The notes: generated by a model not told the origin, from the sequence alone. Positions 46,605 to 60,430 are shown, counted from the stretch's first letter. The stretch: DNA of 64,000 nt from Azolla caroliniana (GCA_043228905.1 JBHGNT010000006.1:11656001-11720000), one strand, 5' to 3'. Numbers and translations are program-made.

Positions 46605-49600
46605 TCATCGTAGCCGAAATCTCACTTCTTCTCTTCTTGGCACGTACCAGAGGACGTGCGGTTTGGTGGGGGTGGATGTCGTGAAGATTTTCGGCAATAG
46701 TGTGAAAATCCCATAAAACGTACGAAATCGAGTATGAATCACATAGTACAATAATTGTGAAGATAACATTTTAAATAGATTTAATATCTAAGTACAAAAT
46801 GATGGAGGTTTCGAATGCACTTTATTACACGAGAAACGGACAACTAAATGTCAAGATATGAGGGGATCAAGTTTGTAAAAGGAAAAGAGAAAATTGTGAG
46901 ATATCCCACATAGGCACGACAAATACAGCTCTCATCATATATAAGGTGGAGCAAAAGATATTATCCTTGTGTCTATGTGTGGAGCATAGAGAGTTCAAGG
47001 TAACTTGAACTAAGAGTGGAGGTGGGCTAGCTACTCGTAAAGGGTTTTTGGCCAACCAAAACCGGATCGGCGATGGAGCCGGTGATCCGGCGGCATCCGA
47101 CGGCAATCCGGCGACGGTGATCCGACGGCATCCGGCGGCAATCCGGCAGCGGCATCCGGCGAGGCACCGGTATCCGGCGGCAGTACCGGTATCCGGCGGC
47201 ATCCGACGGAGGCACCGGTAACCGACGGCATCCGGCGAACCGGCGTCCGGCGACTAGATAAATAAATATATAAAAATATATAAATATTTACATACACAAG
47301 GAGGGCAAGTAAGGATTCAAACCTTGCACCTCCAAGTTAGAAGTCAATTGGCTTACCATTAAACCATACTATTTAGTTGAAATTATATTTCTATCATTAT
47401 ACTTTTACATGTAAATTCTCATACATGAGAGCTAAAATGAGTGACATGGTTATCATGCACCACATGTAATACATAAGCGCCAAATGGCAAACATGCAATT
47501 TATGCATGTCTTGTACCCTCACATGCATCATATGCATGAGAGCATCTATAAAAGAGGGAAGGGGGAGGAGAAAAGACACGGTTTTTTTTATGAAAATTAA
47601 GAGGAAGAAATTCGTTTTCAAATCAATCGTGTAATCTCAACTTCTCTCTTTCCCAATCTATCTTAAGTACTTTCTCGCCAAAGCTTGTATCGACTCTAAA
47701 TCCTTCTGGTCCAGAACCCCGGCGGTTCCGCCTCACGATCCGCGCGTAGTGACGGATCTTCACGACACCGTGTTTCATGCTTGAACGAAGCACATAGAAG
47801 TGCATTATCACTTTGTGCGTGAGCGAGTTCTAAGCAGTGAAGTTGAACTCAGGTATGTTCGAATCAATAGGCAAGTTGCCGACATCTTCACCAAGCCACT
47901 CGGATCGAACAAGTTCCAGCATTTTCCGAAGATGCTTGGGTTGCAGAATCTCGACATGTCGCACTTGAGGGGGAGAACCATAACAAGAACAAGAGAAATA
48001 GGTAAAGGCACTGGAGAAGCAACCGATAAAGAGGAGAAAAACACCGAAACACAGGGAGATAAGAAGAAAAGGGAAGCCGAGTTGACTGAAGAAGTCGGCA
48101 CATCCAAAAACGTTGGAATGAGCAGCGACGGCAGCAATGTCAAGAATGACAAAGCCGACCGAAACAAGAAGGCCAAGACCCGGACATGGTCTGATGTGGT
48201 AAAGGGCCTGGAGAATAAGGACGAATTGGAGACGACCAATTTGAACAAGAGCTGGAACGAGTCAAAGGCAGCCGATTCGGAAGAGGTGTTCGATTCAGAG
48301 GAGCCGAATCAATTGAAGGCCAAATGGACGAGAAGGCAGCGGAAGTCGGACTTGGAGGATCCGACGGGTCGAGGAGCACGAGCAAGGCGGGAAGACGCCT
48401 GGAGGAGCCTGAGGGAAGGACCGGCAGACACTGACACTACAATCCAACCTCAAGCTCAGCTTGAGGGGGAGTGTTGAACGGATAAGCTCAACATGATTCG
48501 AATCTGTTGAATAAGCCAGAGCCGGATCAGTGTCCGGATCTAAGTGTAACCGGTAGGCCATTAGAGGCCTACAATCCCAGCCTAGTACATAGGCATATTT
48601 TTAGGAGTCAATGTGAGTAGCTCTATACAAGCATTGAAGTACATTTTAGTAGTTCTGTCAGTCATTTTAAGGACTTGTATAAAAGTGCTCACTGAGCACA
48701 TTGTATGCATAGAGTGTTTATTATTTTGAAATTGAGTTTACGTTCTGCTCTCTCCTGCGTATTGTGTATGCTCAAGCTTTCCATAACCTTGTCTCTGTTT
48801 TCCGTTGCTATCCGGCTGAGCCGGTTTGTTTAAGCTTCCGCACATTAACTTTCACAACCATGACGCAAGAGATCAAGATTGTGGTGACCAAGCAAAGGAC
48901 CAAGAGCAATGCAACGAGTGTGGCCTCAACCAATATGGCAAACCAAGGAGAGAATGCTAAGGAACTTCCTCAAATGGCATGAGACAAGGATCGAGAGGGG
49001 CTTTGAAGAGCCAAGATGGAGACCCTAGCCATGGGAATTCTTGGGACAATTTTGTGAGCTTGATGGGAGTCAAGATCCATTGAACCCGCTTGAATGTGGT
49101 GTCCCATGTTCTGTCCTAATTGGAACACAATCCCAAAATGGATGGGGACTCACCAAGGAGCCCAACTCCAATCCCAAAGACGGCGCTACCATGGGTTGCA
49201 ACAACACAGTCCTAATGGATAGTCCCAGGGGGCCAATTAATGGCCATCTGTGGCCTATATAATGAGGAACACTCATTTGTATTCATTCTGATTCACCATT
49301 TGTATTGGAAGGAGTGTGGAGTGCTCTCTCTCCCTACCTGTTTTCGAAGTTGTCTTGACTCATCCCGACTGAATCCTCACTAGTCCCAACTCCAAATGTT
49401 GGTTGGTCCCAAATTGGAACTGTTGTAAGCTTTACTTTGTTAATGTAATATATGAGCATTTCTTGGTCCTAATTTGTTTCCCAACAGCACTTTCTTGTGG
49501 TTTTAAATCCTTGGCATCTCCATAGGTTGTGTTAGAGCCCCAAGAAATTAACCTAGATATTTATAACTTTCACAACGAACACACCAATGTGCAAATATAC

Positions 49601-50104
49601 AAATAATCAAAATGGGCATTGTTGACACTCAAGACACTTTCTCTGCATGTAAGATAATTTCAACAAGAACACCATAAATGAAGTATATGATAAAAAGAAA
49701 AGCTACTCAACTCCCCTATACAACAGGAATATATATTACTCTGTTGAAGTTAATTAAAATCAACTATTTTAGTAAAAGATATCTAGAAAACTTTTACTAA
49801 CACTAGGCTACACCATAAATCACCTTAAAGGATTTATATCCCCAGTTGAATCATTCTATATATACATACATTTGGCACATAAATGACTCATGTACATCAT
49901 AGGATAGCATGTGACACAACATATGTCTTGAACTCGTAACAACAAAATGACACAAGGTCCTATAGAGTTTCAAAAGCCATATCCATTAATTAGTATTTTG
50001 AGATGCTGCCTTCTCAGCATGAAGATAAAACCATGATTATTGCTTAGAATCACATGTTTTAATTGCTTAGATCAAAATTCCAGCAAACAAGATGCTTTGA
50101 TCAA

Positions 50105-53100
50105 TCAATCTCCACTGGCACAACCTTTGCATCCACAATGCACACATTCGATAACTTTCTCCTCTCTTAAATGCTTGGGAACGCGACACACACATGTAGT
50201 TCCATAGTTATGATCACGTGGTTGTATGCAGCACAAGCAGCAAAGCCGTTCATATCCAGACTGCAAAAGCATAAAAACAATACATGAAAAACATAAACAC
50301 ATCCAGAAAACAATAAAGACTTCTAGTTTAGATCACATTATTCTAATATTAGGAAGAGGTGCCTCCTATGCACTGATTAATTACAGAGATCCTGCTGTGC
50401 TTGTTACTTCAGAGCACTCTTATTTATCCTTCACATATTGCCCATCTGACTACTCCATACACCATATGACATCACTACGGGTGCCAGAGCTATGGACATA
50501 CTCTTTCAATATCTTCCAGTAATGAAAACAATAAAGAAGCCACTATTCTGAGGTAAGCTGCCAATAAAACTTTTGAGTATGGCCAAGAGAGGTTAGTGGT
50601 AATTGTGATGGAATAAAAGATCCTGAAAAACAACATAAAACAGTACGACAACAAGGATGACTGCAGATCGACAAAGTTATAGCCTAGCACCAAGATAAGA
50701 TCAACAACTACCAAGTTGGAACAAATAACCACACACCATGATGAAATATTCAAGGGCAGTGCTTGTACTACAAGCAATTAAGACATTAGAGACTCGTAAC
50801 CAACAATGGTTCAGTTCAGTTTGGGAGTCTCAGAGTCAAAACGGTTTCAAACCAAACCATTTAAACATCTTGAAACTTAAATCAAACTGAACCGAACCAT
50901 AAAACCTGTAAACGTGACACTAATCCAAATGTCACAAGAATCAGAGGTGAGAGAACAGATAACAAAGCAACAAACAAGGAAAAGGGAAATAAACAAGAAA
51001 GCACCATGAAGCCTGTAACAGAGAATCAGAAAAAGACCACGACCAAGTTTGAAGCACCTGAACTTTTACAGGGAATCAGGAGTAATCCTGATAAGACCAA
51101 TAATGTGGCAGGGCCCAAGCCCAAGTTTGGAGCACCTAAGCATGAAAACCTGAACGAGACTCCAAACCTAATGGAAGATTGTGCTTTAAAGGTGGAGTTA
51201 CATTTTATATCCCCTAGAGAGGAAGCACACACAACAGGCCCAAGGCTTGAATGGTCCAACAACCCATGAAGCAACTCAGGAGCCATAGGCCTTGGGGGAA
51301 AAACAACCCTACAAGGTATAATAGATTTGAATGGAATAACCCATGGATTTTTCAAGAAACGCCAAGGGATGGCAAATATCTTACGCTCCAAAACAAGAGT
51401 TAAATGAATGTCATGGTAACAAGGAGAAAAAAATAAATGGAAAAAACTTCTGAAGTTCAAGCATAATATGGAAAGATATATAAAACCTATGCCCAGAAAT
51501 TGAACTACAAAAAAAGAGAATTAAATGGAAACAAGTGTAGCATGACACAAACTATGCACTGCCAGATCTTGTCTGAATCCATGTGGAAGAAGAATGAAAC
51601 ACAGAACTTGGACCCATTTGCAGAATCCAGTAGATAAATTCATAGAATACTTAAGAGGAAATCCAGAAGAATCTGGCTAGAGAAAAGGAAAGACCAAGAA
51701 ACCCACAGGGGAGATAAGAACGTGGAACGGCGTGTTCAGAGATCACAATATGAAGATGCACAAACAGGAGGAGGCAGTTCTGGTCCAAGTACGCCCAAAA
51801 GTGAAATTGGACCAACTGGTATAAATAAACAACAAATATAAAAGTGGATTCCTTCAAAATATAGTTAAATTCATAACCATTCTAAAAAGAACTAACCAAT
51901 CTCCTCAAGGAATACAAGTTCGTGTTTGCATAAGCATACGTAAAAATGGTAGGCATCAACCCCAAGTTCCACAAGCATGGGTAAAAACTGAAAGAAAAGT
52001 CGGTGCTAATCAGATAACAGAGGTATCACATGAATCCTAACTACACAAAGCTATTGGCAAAGGATGTCGCCAAACACTTAATGGTGATATTAACAAAACC
52101 ATGAATACATTCAAAATGGATATTCCCCATTGTCATAGTGCTTGAGAGTAATAAGAAAATTGGGGCATCCGTTGATGAGAAGTTGAACACAGAAACTGTC
52201 CCAGCCTCATTTCAGCTACTAGATAATGTGGAGAAACGAAAAATGTATGCTTTTCTTGATGGTTTAACAGTTACAATCAACTCAAATGGTTCCGGCCAAT
52301 AGGAGAGAACAACCTCCATGACCAAATGGGATGTGTCAGTGACCACTCTCATGATGTTCAGACTACAGAATGTACAAGCTGCTTTCCAAAGAATGGTCCA
52401 AGTGATCTTTCATGACTACCATACAGTGTTTTATAAACGTTTTTGTAGATAACTTCAGCAAATAGGGTCAACCATGAATCCCCAGGCACACCATTTAACT
52501 ATTCACTAGAAGGTACAGATTGTCTTCACCCACCATATGGACATGCTGACATCAGAACTGAACATAGTGATCCCAATTTCTTCAAGAAATTCCACGAGTA
52601 CAGAGACAATTACACAAATATATGAGTGCCGTGAAAACAGACATGGGTAGTGCATTCATGCAAAAAGTACTCAAAGAATTTTTGCGACCAGTGTACCATG
52701 AAAGCTAACACTAGCAAAGGAGGAAATACCATGATGCCATTGAACATGAGGCATTAGGAAGAACCTACGCAATAGGGAAACTCCACCAGGGCCTGATGGC
52801 CAGCAAATTCATCCACCATGTGGATGATCAAGCATTGATATACACAGACAAGTGAAAGTAGCGTGTTGGATGCTTTTCCTTCAACAGTTTGAATTTTCCG
52901 TTCAACACACGACAGGATATAATACTGGTACAGAAAATTCCATATTCAGCTTAGAAACAAGCAATGGGGAGCCAAGGATAATCAGGAAATTTCACAGATG
53001 TCAATCTGATTAACAAGAACCACAGGGAAGAAGGAAAACAGTATAATATAATATACTTCATATCAAATTATCAATATCTAGAAGAGTAAGCTCAAGACTG

Positions 53101-56100
53101 GTGCTCACAATTGGCGGGTACATACCTGACATCTTTGAGCACGAGCTCTTGACCATTATCCAAAGACAAGTGTATAGTGCCAATACCATCAATATTGCAA
53201 GCACTATTGTTACCAAGATAAACTTTTCCATAACTGCCTGCATCAAATGTGGTAAAGCACTCCAACCATGGAGTAATATGAAAAGAAGCCCCAGAGTCTA
53301 CTATCCATATCTGTGTCAATCCATCATCAATTGACAATAAAGCATCAATAACATCTGTTTTGGTGATTTGCATGTCTTGAACATGAGCTATGAAGGCATC
53401 ACCTGTAATACAAAGTACATCACCATCTTCACTAGATAGGTCTTCAATGATAACCCAAGTATCGGGTAAAGTCATAAGTAAGAAGATAGCTTTGAGCTTG
53501 TCAAGTGAAACAACTAATGTTTCCCAATTGGGGCTATTAGACACTGCAACAACTAATGTTTCCCAAGTATCAGGTAAAGTCACAAGTAAGAAGATACCTT
53601 TGAGCTTGTCATGTGAAATAACCAATGTTTCCCAAGTATCGGTTAAAGTCATAAGTAAGAAGATAGCTTTGAGCTTGTCATCAAAAGCTGGTAATCCTGA
53701 ATCTTGTAGTTGGGATAGAGTACCTGGGGATAACGATGGATGCTCTGTTGCACCTTTCGACTCATCAAGCCTCATACTGACAAGTTTTCTCATCAAATGC
53801 ACTTGATTCACAGGAGTAGTATTCTCATAAGTTGTCTTAAGTTTCTCCCAGACTTGATGGGCAGTGGTCAAGCCCTTTATATCTACAAGAATCTCATCAG
53901 AAACAGCCATTTTAATATATGTAATGGCTTTCTTATTCAGAGTGTTCCAAGCATCATTTTCCATGCTCTCTAGTTTCTTTTCCACGAGAGCATCTTCACA
54001 ATCTCTCAGAAAAAGGATGCCCTGCATACGCTTTTTCCGCAATTCGAAACCTTTTCCATCAAATCTCTTGATTTCAAAGAGGTTTTTCACTTCAGTTGAA
54101 GTGGAGGCCATTGCTCCCAAGATTTATGACAAATGCCTTCAGAAATTGAGCAGAATACCAATAGGAAAGGGTTTGAAAGAATTGAAAAAAAACTGTGTTT
54201 TCTGCTGATTCTGAATCTAAACAAAACAGCGAAGCAGAGGAAAAAGATTTGGCTCTAATACCAGTTAAAGGTAAAGAGGGATGTTTGAGGGAGCAGCTAT
54301 TGAGGGATGATGTTCAACAAACAAAGAGTAGAGACACAAATTTTGGATGTACCCAACAGCCTTTATGGGTACACAAGAAAAAAAAGGTTATTATATTAGT
54401 TAACCCTACAAAGAAAGAGGTGTGTTCACGTTACAAAAGGAGGTGACCTGTCCAGGTGAACAATATGTTCACATATACAAATAATTACCTAATTTGGGAA
54501 CTATGGGCCTTTACACCTTACAATGCGAAAGCTTCTTGGCAAGAGGAAATAGCAGCAAAGTTAAAAGGAATGATGTAACATGCTATCAGTGTGGCAGGAA
54601 AGGCCACAAGAAACCTGATTGCCGTTATTAGAAAGCAGAACTTGAAAGAAAAAAGAATTCTGGAGATAAGAAAAAAGGACAAGACTAATGCACATGACAG
54701 CCAAAAAGATGAAGAGAAGGCCAATTTGGCCTCTAATGTAGTCATACAAGAGCTGCCAGATGTTGAGGACATTTTATGTCCTACCTTTTCAGCTGATAAC
54801 ACTTATGCATATGATGCCTCTCTAAATATTCATTCACAAGACATGTGCATCACTACAAATGATCTTATTGATACTTTGATGACTGTCAATGATGCATTGG
54901 CCCAAACATGGATAGTTGACTCTAGTGCTTCATTTCATGTGACTCCTATCAAGGAGTGTTTTTCTACTTTTACTCCTGGCAGCCATGGCCATGTATACCT
55001 TGGAAACAATCATGCATGCTCCATTTAGGGTATTAGCACTATGAATTTTTCTACAAATGGCACTAACGAGCTGGTTTTGCATAATGTGCATTATGTACCA
55101 GGGATCAAGAAGAGCTTGCTTTCTGTGGGTCAAATGGATATGCATGGTTATAGCATTCCCTTTGAGAGAGGATCATGGAAAATGACAAAAGGTTCAAGGC
55201 TGATTGTGAAAGGCACAAAGAAAGGAACTCTTTATTGCTTACATGGAAATGTTATATCAGGTAAAGTTATTGCTTTGGCTGAAGTTCACTCCCATAAGGA
55301 GTTGTGGCATAAGAGACTTGGCCATATGAGCCAAAACGGTCTCACTAGGCTTTGTAATCTAAAGAAGCTTGATTTTTGTAATGAATGCCAATATGGAAAG
55401 CAAGTTAAGCGTTCCTTTTACTCTGGTGTGTCTCATAAGTCTTCTATACTTGATCTTGTTCATTCTAATGTGTGTAGCATGCCCACAAAATCTATGGGGG
55501 GATGCAATGTATTTTATCTCATTTGTTGATGATTTCTCTAGAAAAAATTGGGTTCAATTGCTTAAATCTAAGGATGGAGCCTTAGCTTCATTTAAGCGTT
55601 TTCATGCATTTGTGACCACCCAAACAGACAGAAAACTGAAATGTTTGCCTATGAACAATGGTGGTGAGTATAGAAGTGCTGAATTCAAGAAATTTTGTGA
55701 AATTTTGAGTATTAAGAGGGAGCTTACTGTTCCATACTCTTCTAATGGTGTGGCTGAACGATATAACAAGACACTTTGGGAGAGAGTGAGATGCATGCTG
55801 TCCATAGCTAATCTCCCTCATGGATTTTGGGGGGAGGCACTCAAAACTGCAGTATATGTATGCAATAGATCCCCTCACGCGTCTTTAAAAGGTGACATCT
55901 CTGAAGAGGTTTGGTCTGGCAAACTTGCTTCATATGATCACTTACGTGTCTTTAGCTGCGAGGGTTTTGTACATATAAGGCCTGAGCTGAGAAACAAACT
56001 TGATGCCAAGTCCATTAAGGGCCTCTTCATGGGATATGGTGAAGAACGCAAAATGGGTTACAGGATTTGGATACCCCAGCTCAAGAAGGTTATATGCAAC

Positions 56101-59100
56101 CGAGATGTTTTCAATAAGGCAAGGCTGCTTAGAAACAATTGTGCCTCAAAAGATGACCATAAAAGGGTTAGATTTCAGCATGACCAGCCACCTATTAGAC
56201 CTAGTTTTGACCATCAGGATTCACCACAAAGGACTGAAAATATTGATCATCCAGTGGTTTTGGAGCCAAAAGACTTTGGACGGCAAGATGAGGATCCTGA
56301 GAGGAATATGCAGCCAAATAATAATGCTGAAAATGGTGCTGAAAATAATGGACAGCAACCTAACAATGATGATTTAGACATGCCACCTGATGTTGATCCA
56401 TTGCCTGACAATATGGATCATTGGGTGAGATGTTCTACTTGTATTAGACGAAATGTGAGTAGTTTGACCCCTAGTTGCACTACATAATGTTGACTGATGA
56501 GGGAGAACCTCTTACATATAAAGAGGCAAAGGCATGTGAGTACTCAATAAGTGGGAGCTTGCTATGCAAGAAGAGATTAAGGCTTTGCATTCAAATAATG
56601 CTTGGGACTTGGTTAAACTACCCAAAGGAAAGAAAGCTATTCCTAACAAATGGGTATACAAATGGGTTCGCTTATGTATGCTATGGTTGCTACTACACCT
56701 GATATTGCCTATGCAGTGGGAGTTGTAAGCCGATTCATGGCTAATCCAGGCAAGGCACATTGGAATGTAGTAAGGTCCATTATGAGATACTTAAAAGGGA
56801 CTAAAAATAAATGCCTCTGTTATGGAAAAGACCCATTAGAGCTAAAGGGTTTCTGTGACTATGACATGGCAGGTGATGTGGATACACGGAAATCCATAAG
56901 TGGCTATGTATTCACTTGCAGGTGGTGCAATATCATGGTCCAATAGGCTGCAAAAGGTTGTTGCTTTGTCCACTATCGAGGCTTAATATATTTCAGTCAC
57001 TGAGGCTTCCAAGGAAGCAATATGGTTAGCACGTCTTTGCAGTGAGTTTGGTTTGCCTGAAAAGGCACCTATGCTTGGTTGTGATAGCCAAAGTGCCATC
57101 TGTTTGGCAAAGAATGATATGTTTCATGCACGCACAAAACATATTATTGTGCGATATCACTTCATTCAAGAAGTGCTTGAGGATGGGGCCTTATCACATT
57201 GATAAAGATTCACACATCACAGAACCCTGCAGATGTACTCACCAAGTGCTTACCCAAAGCGTTACGTAGCTTAAAGGCGTCATTTATGCCTTTAAGTGGG
57301 AGGTTGTTGGGGTAAAGGCCCTAAATGACCCTTTATAGTGTGTAAATGTGTATAGGCCTATTTATAAAGGTCAAAAGTCACTAATCACTTTTCCGTTATT
57401 TTTTGGGCCATGTTCAGTGTGAACTTGGCCAACCCTAAATGGGTCATATAAAGCATAAGTTAAAAACTTTTGGATCTCACTTCATAGGCGAGCTCCTCCA
57501 AATACAGCTCTCTCTCTATCTTTCCTTCCATAGCTCCAATGTTGCATCTAAAGAGCCTATACTAGGGTGAATCCTACGTATTCCTCAGCCCTATTGACAT
57601 TATTCCTAACCCTTACACACTACGGGCTGGCAGTCAGTGACATGGCCAAGGAAGACATCTGAAGTAAGATTTTCCAAGCAAGATTGTGGTGGCTTACCCT
57701 TAAAAATGATGTTTATGAGCAAACGGGATATTTTGACACATGCCAATACTGCGGACAAGGAGATCGAGATCGAGATCGAATACCACTCAGCCAGAAGAGA
57801 AGATTTGGATTCTATCAAAACCAATGTGAATACATATGAGCATCCACTAATTACCATACATATTGGGCAGAGAAGGTGGCACTGAGAGGAAACAAAGTAA
57901 ATTATGTGGCCAATCTCCACATTCAGTTAGCCTATTCATAATTCAACCAAATCCAGTGGCCAACTTCAGTAGCTGGACAGGACAGCGCAAGACACTCAAG
58001 TAAATCAATTGAATGAAGCTCTATGTATGGAATAAATGAAATTACAGAAGAAAATAGCTAGGGTGCACGAAATAGCTAGGGTGCACGAAAAGAATACTGA
58101 ATTCTAAATGGAGGATTTTAACAAAAGAACATTCAGAATGTGGCACTAAACAAATAGGATAAAATAACTGAAAAAATTTATGTATGTTTGAGGGAGATGG
58201 ATCAAGGAGCCCAGCTTCATATAGCTGCGTGGTACATAGAAGCCCTCAAGGTGGTTGAAAAATGGTGATACAATTAGATCCTTAGAACTGGAACCGTTAA
58301 AGATAGACCAAAGGGCAATCCAAAAAAGATCCACATCAAAATGGCCAAAATGTGACATCATCCTACCACCATCTCAAAACAATTAAGAGATTGGGTCACG
58401 CACCAAACAAACCACAATTAACAAGCCAGTGAATGTCACAGGAGATAAAAACCAATATAATAAGACAGAGACAGCCAGTGGGAAGCAAAGCACAATCACC
58501 AATATCACAATGGAGACCCATAATGCTATAACAAGTGGAGGAAGAAATTGTGAAACCAACAATCTCCACAAGAGCTCAACAAGAGCAGATTTAGACACAT
58601 GCACTAACAGAAGAACATGTGATTCCAGCCCTGCAAGCAGAGGATAGACACCCAGCCAATGCCACATATTTTTTCAATAGCAAGTTTATCACTGCCCACA
58701 CACTATCGAGTCAGAACCAAGTTAGAAAATTTCATATCGGAAAACCTACCAGGAATTAGACATTGTATACACAAATGGACAAAAGACCAGTAGGGGACAA
58801 GCAGATTCATCGTACAAAATGGCTTCCTCCAATTATTTCAGAGAGGTATCAGCAAGATTACCCATAAATGCTGGTAATAGAAGCACTTTTGGGTAGTTCC
58901 ACTGCAGCTTAGGTGTAGATAAGAAACAGATTGAGAAGTGCTCGGATGTGTCAAGTGTTGAGGGTACCAAAGGTACTAAACCTTAAAAAGTAATGGGGAA
59001 CTACACCACTCATCTTCTTGGTGTAAAACAAAAATCAATCTACCTTAGGAGAGATTTCTAACTAGTGAAAGCTTGCACCCCATGTAAAGAAACAAATAAG

Positions 59101-60248
59101 ATTCTTAGTCTTCTCATTACTATAAGTTTTGACGTTACCTTTTTCCACTTTGCAATAAGATTCCGATCACCATAACCTTGATCTAAGCAAAATTCATACA
59201 GTTCTTTGGATATATCCTTGCGCTTATAGAACAAGTCATATAGGTATCTGCTCTTCTGATGGGTGATCTTAAAAATGGGCCACAAAGCTTCACACTTTCT
59301 TTTCCCTTCATGAGTTTCAGTTTCAGCTGGAGAGCAACAGGCCACAAAAAGCAGAATGGTGTTAAGTGTCAGAAAAACAAAAACATTTCATCAGTACAAT
59401 ATGCCAGTCATCACGATCCATCGAACAAAATATCAAGTAAAATAAACAAGCCTATGAAACCTTATTTCATTTACACTTCAGGATGAATAACATATTTCTG
59501 CAGAAACACTAATCATAAATTGTGCAGAAATCCTAAGCAACGCTCCAAGAAGTTTCAGAAATCCAAATCGGAGATTGAAGAGGTTGCAGAAACCCTAGTC
59601 AAAACTTAACGATACTCCAAAAACAAGGCAACAACTTGAACGAAATACAGACATCAAATTTCCGACGACTTAATAGAGAAATAAATCCCAAAACCCAACA
59701 TCGTACAGACATCCTAACCCAAGCCAGACAATAAACCTGATTCTGACCCAAAACAATAATAATGAATAAAAGAAAGCTGCATTCAAGCAACAAATCAAAA
59801 ACGCAAGTTGCAAAAAACATAACCCTATCATTAACCTAACCCGACAACGTTAGAATCGACATAGAGATATACCCTTGAACAACAAATAAAAAAACTTGAT
59901 GATGATGCAGACACCCAATTCCTGACAAAAAAATATTAGAAATACAGGTAAATAAAAGAGCTCTCCTCTTGAGCAAATTTCTAACCCTAACCTTAAGTTC
60001 GCCCTAAAAATCTACCCCTAAAATGTTAGGTGAATAAAAGACCTACAGAAAACCTTGAACCCAAACAGAAAAGAAACATATCCGCAGAAAAACGAGAAAC
60101 CCAACCAGAAATGGAAGGAAAAACAGACATATATGTGTGTACATACGAACTTGCCTTCCCTCATCTTGTTCTCTAGATCTCTGAGAGTGGGTTCGATAAG
60201 CTCCCATCCTTCAGGATATTGAAGCTTGCTTGTTCGCACCTTCGGCAT
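50105..60248 (-). CDS. BUD31: BUD31/G10 spliceosome-associated zinc-binding protein, 145 aa; exons 60155-60248, 59139-59326, 50105-50260
   Basis: [68 protein letters not shown]...[36 protein letters not shown]...[13 protein letters not shown]. Exons total 438 nt. Intron 1 is GC-AG and intron 2 is GT-AG. Confidence 0.96.
50803..50905. repeat. Short MITE-like remnant with aaccg/ggtt motifs in BUD31 intron 2
   Basis: atggttcagttcagttt ... aactgaaccgaaccat inverted ends; resembles 60431-60836. Confidence 0.4.
51900..52950 (+). pseudogene. Highly decayed Ty3/gypsy RT/RH relic in BUD31 intron 2
   Basis: Translatable islands WIFPIVIV (~52118), MYAFLDG..YNQ (~52243) and [14 protein letters not shown] (~52351). 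Confidence 0.55.
53092..54522 (-). mobile_element. Truncated copia: 5' LTR, PBS and gag-PR fragment
   Basis: ORF 53092-54120 ([21 protein letters not shown]), PBS gctctaatacca ~54252-54263, and LTR ~54266-54522 whose start (tgtaaggtgtaaaggccc) resembles the LTR at 57305. Confidence 0.8.
54523..57617 (+). mobile_element. Truncated, internally deleted copia (knuckle-PR-INT-partial RT-RH-3' LTR)
   Basis: [61 protein letters not shown] aagtgggagg ~57294-57303; LTR ~57305-57617. Confidence 0.85.
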
Positions 60249-60430
60249 AACTGCTGATGCTGATGCTTCAATCCAAATTGTTTTTTGAAGTATGCCTGCC
60301 TCAGTCCTGCTCCCAGAAAACAGAGTCACTCACTTCTCTTTATTGTAATAGAGAGACAGACAGACAGACAGATGTATACATGTTATACTGTTATGCATAT
60401 ACTGTTATACATATGTATGAAGGTATGTAT

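Larger units (their letters stand above)
39733..47767 (+). mobile_element. Ty3/gypsy element F (same lineage as C) inserted in RNase H of G
   Basis: LTRs 39733-40852 and 46677-47767, TSD ccgt/ccgt, Trp PBS tggtgaacccgacgtga 40861-40877, PPT ggtgggggtgga before 46677. Confidence 0.96.
27514..48856 (+). mobile_element. Ty1/copia element G (degenerate), carrying the MTase DNA transposon and gypsy F
   Basis: 5' LTR 27514-27934, PBS tggtatccgagc 27935-27946, 3' LTR 48472-48856, perfect TSD accat. gag starts ~28034 and resumes at 35797; pol remnants at 36200-39732 and 47768-47975. Confidence 0.95.
1497..49520 (+). mobile_element. Old host LTR element H (outermost layer of the nest); own sequence ~1497-3867, 27242-27513 and 48857-~49520
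   Basis: ~1580-1826 aligns by eye with ~49250-49506 (tatat..atgaggaa..ctcatttgtattcattct; ttggttggtcccaaattgg; tcttgtggttttaa). The left copy ends gggcatcaca (~1853), followed by a Met PBS tggtatcagagc (1856-1867). The right copy starts tgtggtgtccc (49095). The internal sequence rejoins across the copia A and G TSDs. Outer ends are uncertain. Confidence 0.55.
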
